Shown: in pieces, positions 1 through 7,746 of the stretch
Layout of the letters: each line of letters starts with the position of its first letter
Position numbering within the stretch: the first letter of the stretch is position 1
NCBI GenBank assembly: GCA_965225945.1
Contig: CBDDBZ010000036.1
Span: forward strand, 192,001 to 256,000
Length of the DNA stretch: 64,000 nt
Direction: 5' to 3'
Source of the DNA: Alphaproteobacteria bacterium
Lineage (GTDB): Bacteria; Pseudomonadota; Alphaproteobacteria; GCA-2731375
Translations under genes and position numbers: made by a program
Notes under the pieces: model-generated
Told to the model about the DNA's origin: nothing
What the model saw: the letters and a program-made list of their open reading frames with translations, nothing else
The model's database searches: none

Positions 1-88
1 ACCAAACCCATCGCCCGCGCCTTCCCCTGGTCCCGCCGGCCGCCAGCCGTTAAGCAGGAGGATCATCGATTACGCTTGGGAGGAAGTC

Positions 89-433
89 ATGGAAATTCTA
101 CGTTTGAGCGGACATGCGATAGGCCGCAACCGAGCCGTCGCCCACGGCGATCTGGTCTTCACCGTGGCGACGGCGGGCGATGCCGGCCCGGACCTCGCGG
201 CCCAGACGGTGGCGGCGCTGGCCCTGATCGAACGGAGTCTCATCGAGGCCGGCAGCGACAAGACCAAGCTCCTGCAAGCCACCGTCTACGTCACCGAAAT
301 CTCGCGCAAGGCGGAGATGGACGAGGTCTGGAACGAATGGATCGGGCCGGACAACTGGCCGCAACGGGCCTGTATCGGCGTCGATTTGGCGCCGGGCGAC
401 TTGGTCGAGATCGTGGTGATCGCTTCTCGTTGA
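89..433 (+). CDS. RidA/YjgF/UK114 family protein (YoaB-like)
   Basis: 114 aa; AGSDKTKLLQATVY..MDEVWNEW..WPQRACIGVDLAPGDLVEIVVIA typical of Rid family; GGAGG RBS upstream. Confidence 0.9.
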   Translation: MEILRLSGHAIGRNRAVAHGDLVFTVATAGDAGPDLAAQTVAALALIERSLIEAGSDKTKLLQATVYVTEISRKAEMDEVWNEWIGPDNWPQRACIGVDLAPGDLVEIVVIASR

Positions 434-436
434 GCT

Positions 437-1111
437 CTAGTCGCGCGTGCGGGTGTTCAGCACGCGGATCGCGGCGGCCGCGGCCGCGAACCCCGAGTCG
501 ATGTTGACCACGACGACCCCGGGAGCGCAGCTCGCCAAGGCCGAGGCGAGCGCTGTCTCGCCGCCGCGCGCCGCGCCGTATCCGGTCGAGCTCGGCACCG
601 CGATCACCACGCCCCCCACCAGGCCGCCGAGGACGCTGAAGAGCGCGCCGTCCATGCCGGCGACGACGATCAGCACCGGAAAGCGGCGAAGCTCCTCCAG
701 CCGCGCCTCGAGGCGCCACAGGCCAGCGACGCCGATGTCGCCGATTATCGTGCTGGCGAGGCCATGAAAGGCGAGGGTCCGGGCCGCTTCGCCCGCGATC
801 CCCAGGTCGGAGGTTCCGGCCGTCACCACGGCGAGGGCGGGGGCCCCGTCCGGCGCCGTCCAGGGACCGAGGATGGCAGTCCGCGACAAGGGGTCGTAGT
901 CGAGCCCGCCCGCCGCCGGGCCCAGCGCCTCGAGCGCCGCCGGCGCCAGCCGGGTCAGCAGCAAGGGGGTGCCGCGAGCCTCGGCGGCCCGGATCGAGCG
1001 GGCGATCTGGTCCGTCGTCTTGCCGGCCGCCAGCACCGCTTCCGCGATACCGATCCGCCCGCTCCGCGCGACATCGAAGGTCAGTCCCGGATCGCCGCCG
1101 TCAGCCGCCAT
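437..1111 (-). CDS. larB: Nickel-pincer cofactor biosynthesis protein LarB (PurE-like NaAD carboxylase/hydrolase)
   Basis: TAGTSD, DIGVAGLWRL, VAGMDGAL, AVPSSTGYG, SCAPGVVVVNIDSGF motifs. Confidence 0.93.
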   Translation of the reverse strand: MAADGGDPGLTFDVARSGRIGIAEAVLAAGKTTDQIARSIRAAEARGTPLLLTRLAPAALEALGPAAGGLDYDPLSRTAILGPWTAPDGAPALAVVTAGTSDLGIAGEAARTLAFHGLASTIIGDIGVAGLWRLEARLEELRRFPVLIVVAGMDGALFSVLGGLVGGVVIAVPSSTGYGAARGGETALASALASCAPGVVVVNIDSGFAAAAAAIRVLNTRTRD

Positions 1112-1925
1112 CGCCGTCGGGCCTGAGAAAGGCGCTGCCGCGCCGGTAGGGTCGATATTCCGGCGCCGAGCCTGCCGTCAAGTCCCGGCAGAGCGCGCTG
1201 ATTCGTTCGCGAAGGCTGGCGCCCGCCGGCCCGCTGGCGGCCTCGAGGCTGGCCTCGTCGAGCTCGATGCGGACGCCGTCGGCCAGGATCCGGCAGCGCG
1301 CGGTCGCCGGCCTCAGCGCCTCGACGAGCGCGCGCTCCACGGCATGGACCACGGCGAGCCGCGCCGCCGTGACCCGGGTTCCGGTCTCCAGCCGGCTGGA
1401 AAGGCAGGGTGCCGCCGGCAGCTCGGCGATGTCGTCCAATCCCAGGTGCCGGGCGATGGCGCGCACCGTCGCCTTGTCGATGCCCGCCTCGACGAAGGGA
1501 TGGCGCACGTCGTGCTCCTCGGCCGCGATCAGCCCCGGGCGGTAATCGCCCAGATCGTCGGTGTTGGTGCCGGAAGCGATCGTCGCCTCGGTCTTGGCCG
1601 CGATCGTGCCGTAGAGGTTGGCCTTGCAGAAGAAGCAGCGATTGTGCGGGTTGGCGAGGTAGTCGGGATCGTGGAATTCGCCCGCGTCGATCACCTGGAG
1701 GCGCCAGCCGAAACGCGCGGCGTGACGGCGCACGCGCGCCGTGGCCTCGGGCGGCACGGCCGGCGAGGTCGCGTGATAGACGGTGGCGGCCTTCGACGCC
1801 GCGCCCCGGTGGGCGACGTGGGCCAGCGTCAGGCTGTCGACCCCGCCGCTGACGGCGAGCGCCAGCGGCCCCGCCAGGCGGGCCTGCAATTCCTCGAGGG
1901 CCAGATGGTCAGCCATGGCGGTCAT
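1101..1925 (-). CDS. larE: ATP-dependent sulfur transferase LarE
   Basis: C-terminal part of ORF 1101..3044; ATG at 1925 overlaps larC stop (ATGA); PP-loop SGGVDS, NRCFFCK, GTNTDDLGDYRPG, APCLSSR. Confidence 0.92.
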   Translation of the reverse strand: MTAMADHLALEELQARLAGPLALAVSGGVDSLTLAHVAHRGAASKAATVYHATSPAVPPEATARVRRHAARFGWRLQVIDAGEFHDPDYLANPHNRCFFCKANLYGTIAAKTEATIASGTNTDDLGDYRPGLIAAEEHDVRHPFVEAGIDKATVRAIARHLGLDDIAELPAAPCLSSRLETGTRVTAARLAVVHAVERALVEALRPATARCRILADGVRIELDEASLEAASGPAGASLRERISALCRDLTAGSAPEYRPYRRGSAFLRPDGDGG

Positions 1926-3130
1926 CCATCCTCGTCCTCCAGTGCGGCCCGTTCGGCCTCCAGGCGGGCTCGTACCCGTTCGTCGTGGCCGCCGACGCGC
2001 GCGGCGACGGCGTCGATCTCGGCCTTGGCGCTTCGGCCAGCCTCGCCCCGATCTACCACCTTCACCGGGATCGCGCCATCCTCGCCCGGCACCGTCCGGC
2101 TCACTCGGGGGAGCACGATGCGTTGCTCGACGCGCCAACGAAGTCCGATCGTCGTGGTCTCGGCGAAGCAGGCCTCGGCGATTCGCTCCCGGCGAGCGGG
2201 CTCTGCGAGGATTTGGACCGAGGTGGCGAGGCGCCCTTTCTTCGTCAGCGTCGCGGTCTGGCGGACATCGAGCACGCCCGGCAGCGCCCTCAAGCGGTCG
2301 AGCCCCAGCGCCAAATCCTCCGCCGTCTGGTCGTCGACCTCGAAGGAGAGCACGGCCACGGCGGCGCCGAGGGGTCGCTGGTTCGCGCCGGCGAAGGCGA
2401 TGGCCCTCAGCACGTTGGAGAGGCCGGGGAGGCGGCGGCTGCCGAAGCCGGTGCCTTCCCCCACCAGTGTCGTCGTTCCGGCGACGGCGCGCGCGGGCGC
2501 CAGATGGCGCAGGATCGCGGCGCCGGTCGGCGTCACCCGTTCGCCGGGGACGCCGTCGTCGAGCACCGCGAAGCCCTGGAGCAACGTTGCCGTCGCCGGC
2601 GCGGGGATGGGGAGGGGGCCGTGTGCCGTCGCCACGCGCCCAGCGCCGAGCGGCAGCGGCGATACCGACCAGCCGGGCGCGCCCAGCGCCTCGACCAGCC
2701 AGGCGGCGCCGACGATATCGGCGATCGAATCCCAATCGGCGATCTCGTGGAAATGCACCTCGTCGACCGCAACGCCGTGGACTTCCGCCTCCGCCTCGGC
2801 CAGCAGGGTGAAAATCCGAACCGCGCGTTTTGCCACTTCGGGCGCGAGGTCGGCCGCCTCTATCCGCGCGCGAATTCCGGCGAAGGCGCCCGTCGGGCGC
2901 GACTTGCCGCTTGGCGGGGCTGAGATGGCGACCCGGGTTCCGCTGAGCGTTCCGTCGCCATGGCGCTCGATGGTGACCGTCCAGTCCGCCGGCAGCCCCG
3001 CCCGGCGCATGGCCTCGATGCAGCCTTCGGCGAATTCCGGGCACAGGTCCAAGAGTGCTGCGAGAAACATGTCGCCGCTGGCGCCGCCGAGGGCGTCGAG
3101 ATGGACATGGTCGATCGTCGGGCTCGCCAT
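1922..3130 (-). CDS. larC: Nickel insertase LarC (full-length, single frame)
   Basis: GASGDMFLAALLD, LAEAEAEVHG..VHFHE..DSIADIVG, AHGPLPIPAPAT, ERVTPTGAA, KKGR, FAETTTIGLR. Confidence 0.93.
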   Translation of the reverse strand: MASPTIDHVHLDALGGASGDMFLAALLDLCPEFAEGCIEAMRRAGLPADWTVTIERHGDGTLSGTRVAISAPPSGKSRPTGAFAGIRARIEAADLAPEVAKRAVRIFTLLAEAEAEVHGVAVDEVHFHEIADWDSIADIVGAAWLVEALGAPGWSVSPLPLGAGRVATAHGPLPIPAPATATLLQGFAVLDDGVPGERVTPTGAAILRHLAPARAVAGTTTLVGEGTGFGSRRLPGLSNVLRAIAFAGANQRPLGAAVAVLSFEVDDQTAEDLALGLDRLRALPGVLDVRQTATLTKKGRLATSVQILAEPARRERIAEACFAETTTIGLRWRVEQRIVLPRVSRTVPGEDGAIPVKVVDRGEAGRSAKAEIDAVAARVGGHDERVRARLEAERAALEDEDG

Positions 3131-3149
3131 CGCCTCGATTCCGCTGCTG

Positions 3150-3917
3150 CTATCGCTGGCTGAACTTGGCGCGAAGTCGCCGCATGCCCTTCAGCCAGCG
3201 GTCGTAGTCGGCGGTCTTGAGGCGGGTGTATTCGAGCACCTGGGGGTGCGGCAGGATCAGGAACGCCTCCCGCGCCATGGTCTCGATCACGCAATCCGCC
3301 AGTTCCCCCGGCTCGACCACGCCGTCGAGGCTGGCGATCTCGGCCTCGGGGCCTTCGAGCATCGCCGTGCGCACCGCTTGCGGGCAGAGCACCGAGACCT
3401 TGATGCCCTGATCGCCGTGGGCGATGGAGAGGTATTCGGCGAAAGCGACGGCGCCATGTTTGGTCGTCGAGTAGGTGGCCGAAAAGACATGGCTCAACAG
3501 GCCCGCGGCCGACGACGTGTTGACCAGATAGCCACCACCGCGCGCGATCATCCCCGGCAGCAGGGCGCGGGCGGCGTAGACATGCGCCATCACGTGGATG
3601 TCCCAGTTGCGGGCCCACTCGGCATCGGCCGTGTCGGCATCTCCGAGGCTGAGGATACCGGCGTTCGAGCAGAAGACGTCGATGGGGCCGAGCGCGGCCT
3701 CGGCGCGGGCGACCAGGTTGGCGATGTCGGCCTCGCGGGCCACGTCGGTCGGGACCGCGAGGGCGCCCAGCTCCGCCGCCAGCTCAGCTAGCGGCCCCTC
3801 CGCCACGTCGGCGAGTGCCAGCCCCTTGGCGCCTTCCGCCTTGAACTTTCGCGCCAGCGCCTGGCCGATCCCGCCCGCGGCACCCGTCACCACCACCACC
3901 TTGCCGTCGACTTTCAT
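3150..3917 (-). CDS. SDR family oxidoreductase
   Basis: TGAAGGIG Rossmann motif, SNAG, YSTTK catalytic YxxxK. Confidence 0.92.
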   Translation of the reverse strand: MKVDGKVVVVTGAAGGIGQALARKFKAEGAKGLALADVAEGPLAELAAELGALAVPTDVAREADIANLVARAEAALGPIDVFCSNAGILSLGDADTADAEWARNWDIHVMAHVYAARALLPGMIARGGGYLVNTSSAAGLLSHVFSATYSTTKHGAVAFAEYLSIAHGDQGIKVSVLCPQAVRTAMLEGPEAEIASLDGVVEPGELADCVIETMAREAFLILPHPQVLEYTRLKTADYDRWLKGMRRLRAKFSQR

Positions 3918-4077
3918 CCGGCGCCTCCCTCCGACAGGCCCGCCAATCTAAGCTACTTTCCGGCCCGAGCGAACTCCTCGCCGTAGCGTCCCTCGAAACG
4001 TGCCGCCGATGGTCATCGTGGGGCGCCCTAACCTCGCGAGCCCGGCGAGAGCTAGTATGGTGATAATGCCTTATGGT

Positions 4078-4398
4078 TCAACGCGATCCGAGTTCGTATT
4101 CATAGCTGATCAACCTCTTTCTAGCGCTTTCAATCTCTTCGACTGTAAACAACTCATGCCATTGCGTTTCATCCACGATCATTACCTCGACGGTGAGGTC
4201 TAGCCGGCCTCTAAGGTAAAGCTGCGTATATCCATCGGATGGATTGGCCGTGTTAATAAGGAATTTCGCCGTTCCCAACCCGCCACGTTCATGCAACATC
4301 TTTAGAAATACCGTGGCATTGTATTCAGCTTCGGCCTTGGCCCGTCGGTAAATGTCTAGCATTGCCACGTCGAATTTTTGTTTCAAGGTCACCGTCAT
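4078..4398 (-). CDS. Small conserved-looking hypothetical protein (low-GC islet)
   Basis: 106 aa ORF with protein-like composition, GAGGG upstream; lower GC than flanks. Confidence 0.7.
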   Translation of the reverse strand: MTVTLKQKFDVAMLDIYRRAKAEAEYNATVFLKMLHERGGLGTAKFLINTANPSDGYTQLYLRGRLDLTVEVMIVDETQWHELFTVEEIESARKRLISYEYELGSR

Positions 4399-4462
4399 CG
4401 TTAGTCACCCTCTAGAGATGTGGAAATTGTCATCGCCATAGAAGTTGCCAATGCAATACAAG

Positions 4463-5211
4463 CTATTCACTAGCGTAGTAGGCGAACGTATCAAGCGGAG
4501 CTGCTCGAATATGCCAAATGCCTTTCTCTTCAGTGTCCTCTGGTAGCGGAGCCATATGCCAGTTCTGATTTGCCACCCAATCAATCAGTGCCCTGTAACT
4601 ATGTTCTTTCCCGGTCAACGTTTCTCCCGTAACTTCACGTAACCAAGGTCTGGATTTTCCGTTAATGACTACATATATATCTGGACGTGCAATGTCATCA
4701 GGCGTGAAGCTAACCGCTTTCCAATCCCGCCCAATCTACAAAAATCACGAAATATCACTCCGGCGTTCGTCGCAACCTCGAAATCACTGGCACTCCTCAC
4801 CTGCTTCAGAATTTGAAGCACTGTATTTCGATCGCCAGCGCGGTTGCTATCTCGCAAGAAGCTATTGGTTGCTAAAACTCGACGCCCAATACTGCCCAAG
4901 AGGGCGTCGCCATGCATAATATCGTGGATAGGCGCTATAAGATTTTGTTGGTCTCCATCCAAATCACTCCAATCAGCAGCATCAAATAAATACTGCGCCC
5001 GCGCGATTGTGTCTCTCCAACTTGGTCTATCGCCAAATACGCTCAGCTTGTTCGAAAACTTGCGTTTTTGCTTCCAAAGATCATCCTGTGCCTGTAGCAA
5101 CGCCAAATACTTTGCCCAGTTTGGTCCATTCTCCTTTCGGAAAACATCAAGCACTCCCCTAATATAGGGGGTCCGATTCAGTTTCGCGACCATAGCTCTT
5201 CCTATTCTCAT
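4463..5211 (-). pseudogene. Frameshifted gene with HhH-like motif, resembling the C-terminal domain of PLD-type restriction-like proteins
   Basis: ORF 4669..5211 continues after a 1-nt frameshift near 4692 as ARPDIYVVINGKSRPWL..W..AP.P..EEKGIWHIRAAPLDTFAYYASE to TAG at 4463. Confidence 0.6.
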
Positions 5212-5963
5212 CAGTGGTTCAGTATAACGGCATCGCCGTTCTTCGCAACGATCAACGCCGAGCTTTCCAATAGTCTCCGCTCAGTCTGGCTACTTAGGTT
5301 AACTGACATTTTTTCTTCATTTATCGTTAGTGCTGCCTCTGCGCCAATCGTCCACAAGGTTACCAATGACTTCGACTTCAAAGTCTCTGTTAGAGATTCG
5401 TTGAGACGTATATTAGTTTTTTGGCTGGAGCCTGGAGTTCTGTAATGTTGCATTCTGCGCCTTAGGTTCTCGGCTTCGCCAATGTAAACTCGTATCTCGC
5501 TCCCGGTATCGACTTCAAACATATAGACGCCCGGTCCGGCCCCGAGTGGCGGGAAAACCAAACGTTGCTTCCAATCAAGGTTAATCGAACCGGCAAGCTT
5601 CCAATCGAACTTAGCGGTTATGGTGTAGGCTCTTTGGGCATCAGCATTTGTGCCCGCAAGGGTGTGGGCCTCTTCAACATCAGCATCGCGGGGGTTGCTC
5701 AGGTGGCCATCCACCACGTCAATCGGTATAAAGGTAAGGCGCTCTTCTCTCAGCTTCACTTCGCTAGTCCGCCAGCCGGCGTCAAGCCACGAATGGCTCT
5801 GGACGTGCGATGACGTGCTTTCGTTTGCCCACCATGCCGGATAGCGCCTAGCACTTGCCGGCAAGGGGAAACCCAAAACATCTTCAATGTCCTCGAATGT
5901 TACTTTCCATTCTTGGAGTGGCCGGCTGGCCAGATAATCCCGTAATGGCGCGTATTTACTCAT
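5211..5963 (-). CDS. GIY-YIG nuclease fused to an N-terminal small domain (DUF7662-like)
   Basis: N-term SKYAPL..TFEDIE..LGFPLPASA..AWWAN..SWLDAGW; C-term GVY..VYIGEAENLRRRMQHY..TNIRLN..LLES. Confidence 0.8.
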   Translation of the reverse strand: MSKYAPLRDYLASRPLQEWKVTFEDIEDVLGFPLPASARRYPAWWANESTSSHVQSHSWLDAGWRTSEVKLREERLTFIPIDVVDGHLSNPRDADVEEAHTLAGTNADAQRAYTITAKFDWKLAGSINLDWKQRLVFPPLGAGPGVYMFEVDTGSEIRVYIGEAENLRRRMQHYRTPGSSQKTNIRLNESLTETLKSKSLVTLWTIGAEAALTINEEKMSVNLSSQTERRLLESSALIVAKNGDAVILNH

Positions 5964-6020
5964 AATCCTTCCCGATTTGATTGGTCAAATTGCCTCGGAG
6001 TGACCTGTCCGTCACATTTT

Positions 6021-6251
6021 CTACCGAATACAACTCCCACAGAACGTCACATTCTCGATACGGATGGCGCGGCGCGCAGCAACCAAGGCGCCGTTCGGCT
6101 CTTCATGCTCGCCCAGCATACGCCAACGGCCATACTTTGGGTTGGTGCCGCCCTTCTGGCCTCGCCCGCCATTGCAGTGCGGACAACTCTCGCGATGCAC
6201 CTTCACTTTGTGTCCGTCTGCCTGCCAGTTTTCATATGCGTAATATTGCAT
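6021..6251 (-). CDS. Small putative zinc-binding protein
   Basis: ATG at 6251 after GAGG; HRESCPHC and C-terminal CGSC. Confidence 0.55.
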   Translation of the reverse strand: MQYYAYENWQADGHKVKVHRESCPHCNGGRGQKGGTNPKYGRWRMLGEHEEPNGALVAARRAIRIENVTFCGSCIR

Positions 6252-6489
6252 TGGGGTTCCTCTTTGTGTCCCGTCGAAGGAGCACCCCAATACCACACGA
6301 TAGTATATTTGTCAATAAAAAAGGTTAACCTTTTTATAGAAAGTACATGCCGCCCCGATTCACGGATCGGGGAGACCGACCAACGCTGACATGATGCCGC
6401 CGGTGAGAAATATATCCATCGTGGGAGCCTTGCTCGCTAGGGAAGGTTGTTTTGGCGCCCTTACCCGTTGTGCGCGAACAGGACTCCCT

Positions 6490-6528
6490 ATCGATTCCGG
6501 CGAGGAAGACGACGGGTCGTTCCTTCAC
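6490..6528 (-). pseudogene. 5' remnant of a ParE/RelE-type toxin
   Basis: GTGA overlap with antitoxin stop; MKERPVVF(SPE) start then frameshift and loss of similarity. Confidence 0.45.
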
Positions 6529-6823
6529 CCACTCCCCTTCCGGCTGGCGGCATTATGGGCGCGAATCTCGGAGAGGATGGATTCGGCGTCGACTCCTCGC
6601 GAGGGATCGGATTTCATGGCATCGTAAACTGGGACGACTTCTGCGCGTACCGCTTCGCCGCCCTTCGCCATGTTTCCACGGCCGCATCGCGTTGCCGCAA
6701 CGCCCGCAGGCCTTCTCGGACGACTTCTCTCGCCGAGGCGTAGTTGCCGGACTTCACCATCTCGTCGAGATAGGCCGCCTGTTCCGCAGGTAGGCTGATT
6801 GTACGTTTTTCAACGTTCGGCAT
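6525..6823 (-). pseudogene. ParD-like ribbon-helix-helix antitoxin (CC2985 type), frameshifted
   Basis: TISLP..YLDEMVKSGNYASAREVVREGLRAL; normal C-terminus (EVVPVYDAMKSDPSRG..) lies in another frame after an apparent 17-nt insertion. Confidence 0.75.
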
Positions 6824-6856
6824 GATAAATCTCCTTGGGATCGATCATGCCCAAAT

Positions 6857-7651
6857 GTATGAATAATTCTTGCCTATCCGGTTATCACCCACACCCACTA
6901 TATGTAGTGTGTCTCCTTGGACTGCAGGCAAGGGCCGGCGCAGGCGCATTGAGGAGGCGATCCGGCTAATTCTTGATTGTTCTGAAAACCGAACCGGAGT
7001 TTAATTCACGTCACGTACTTAACATCGGGGGACGGAACGGTGGCGACCAAGGGAAAAACGAAGAAACCCACGGCCAGACGGGAAGCTGCTGATGAAACGA
7101 CATCGTCTGAGCGATTGACGGCACTAGTCGAAGAAAGCGACGCGCTGGCACGAATCGTTGCGAAGAACCCGTCCGCGCCTGTTAGTCTCCTGCGCGTTTT
7201 GAGTCGCAGCGAAGACGAAGCGACACGCAAGAACGTGATCCTCAATCCGTAATATTGCATTGGGGTTACTTCATATGACGTATTGAGCGAACTTGAAAAC
7301 CAGTTCACAGAGCTATTTGTGAATAATCCGGCACTCGAATCCTACAATTCAATGAAGCTCTGATTTCCTGGAATATTCCATCGGTGTCGTTCACCTCCGA
7401 TTTCAGATAAATTTCAATGAAGTGACGGTCCTTTATGCAACGTGGCGTTTTGCCAAATCCGACTCAATGATTAGGATTTCCACCACGCTAAAGTGTCGCC
7501 TAAAAGGCGCTACAATGCCGTCCGAGTCCCTGCTCGGCATCGCCGGAGATATCTCCGCTTCGACCTGCACCGAGCTTTACTCAGGAAAATGGGTGCACAC
7601 TACATATAGTGGGTGTGGGTGATAACCGGATAGGCAAGGAATAATTCATAC
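6857..7651. repeat. 795-bp segment bounded by about 55-bp inverted repeats (6857-6911 / 7596-7651)
   Basis: Perfect 43-bp core CTTGCCTATCCGGTTATCACCCACACCCACTATATGTAGTGTG at 6869-6911, reverse complement at 7596-7638. Confidence 0.9.
7040..7361 (+). pseudogene. Leucine-rich-variant (LRV)/HEAT-like repeat protein remnant
   Basis: ARIVAKNPSAPVSLLRVLS..TRKNVILNP, in-frame stop at 7250-7252, then VLSELENQF..FVNNPAL. Confidence 0.5.
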
Positions 7652-7746
7652 CGGCCTGATGAGGTCTTTCTCCCCTTCGGAGACCGGCACAGCCGCGCTC
7701 GATTCGCGCCGTCTAATCGGCGGTGCCGCCCGCCTCGCCGCCCGCC

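Noticed and set aside
1926-3044. Apparent 647-aa LarE with long N-terminal extension, suggesting a larC-larE fusion
   Set aside because: The extension is an Arg/Gly-rich alternative frame over larC; true start at 1925 overlaps the larC stop
969-3791. 940-aa plus-strand ORF and other long antisense ORFs (8344-10227, 18593-20371, 40054-41721, 60623-62242)
   Set aside because: Shadow frames of high-GC genes on the opposite strand; no recognisable motifs
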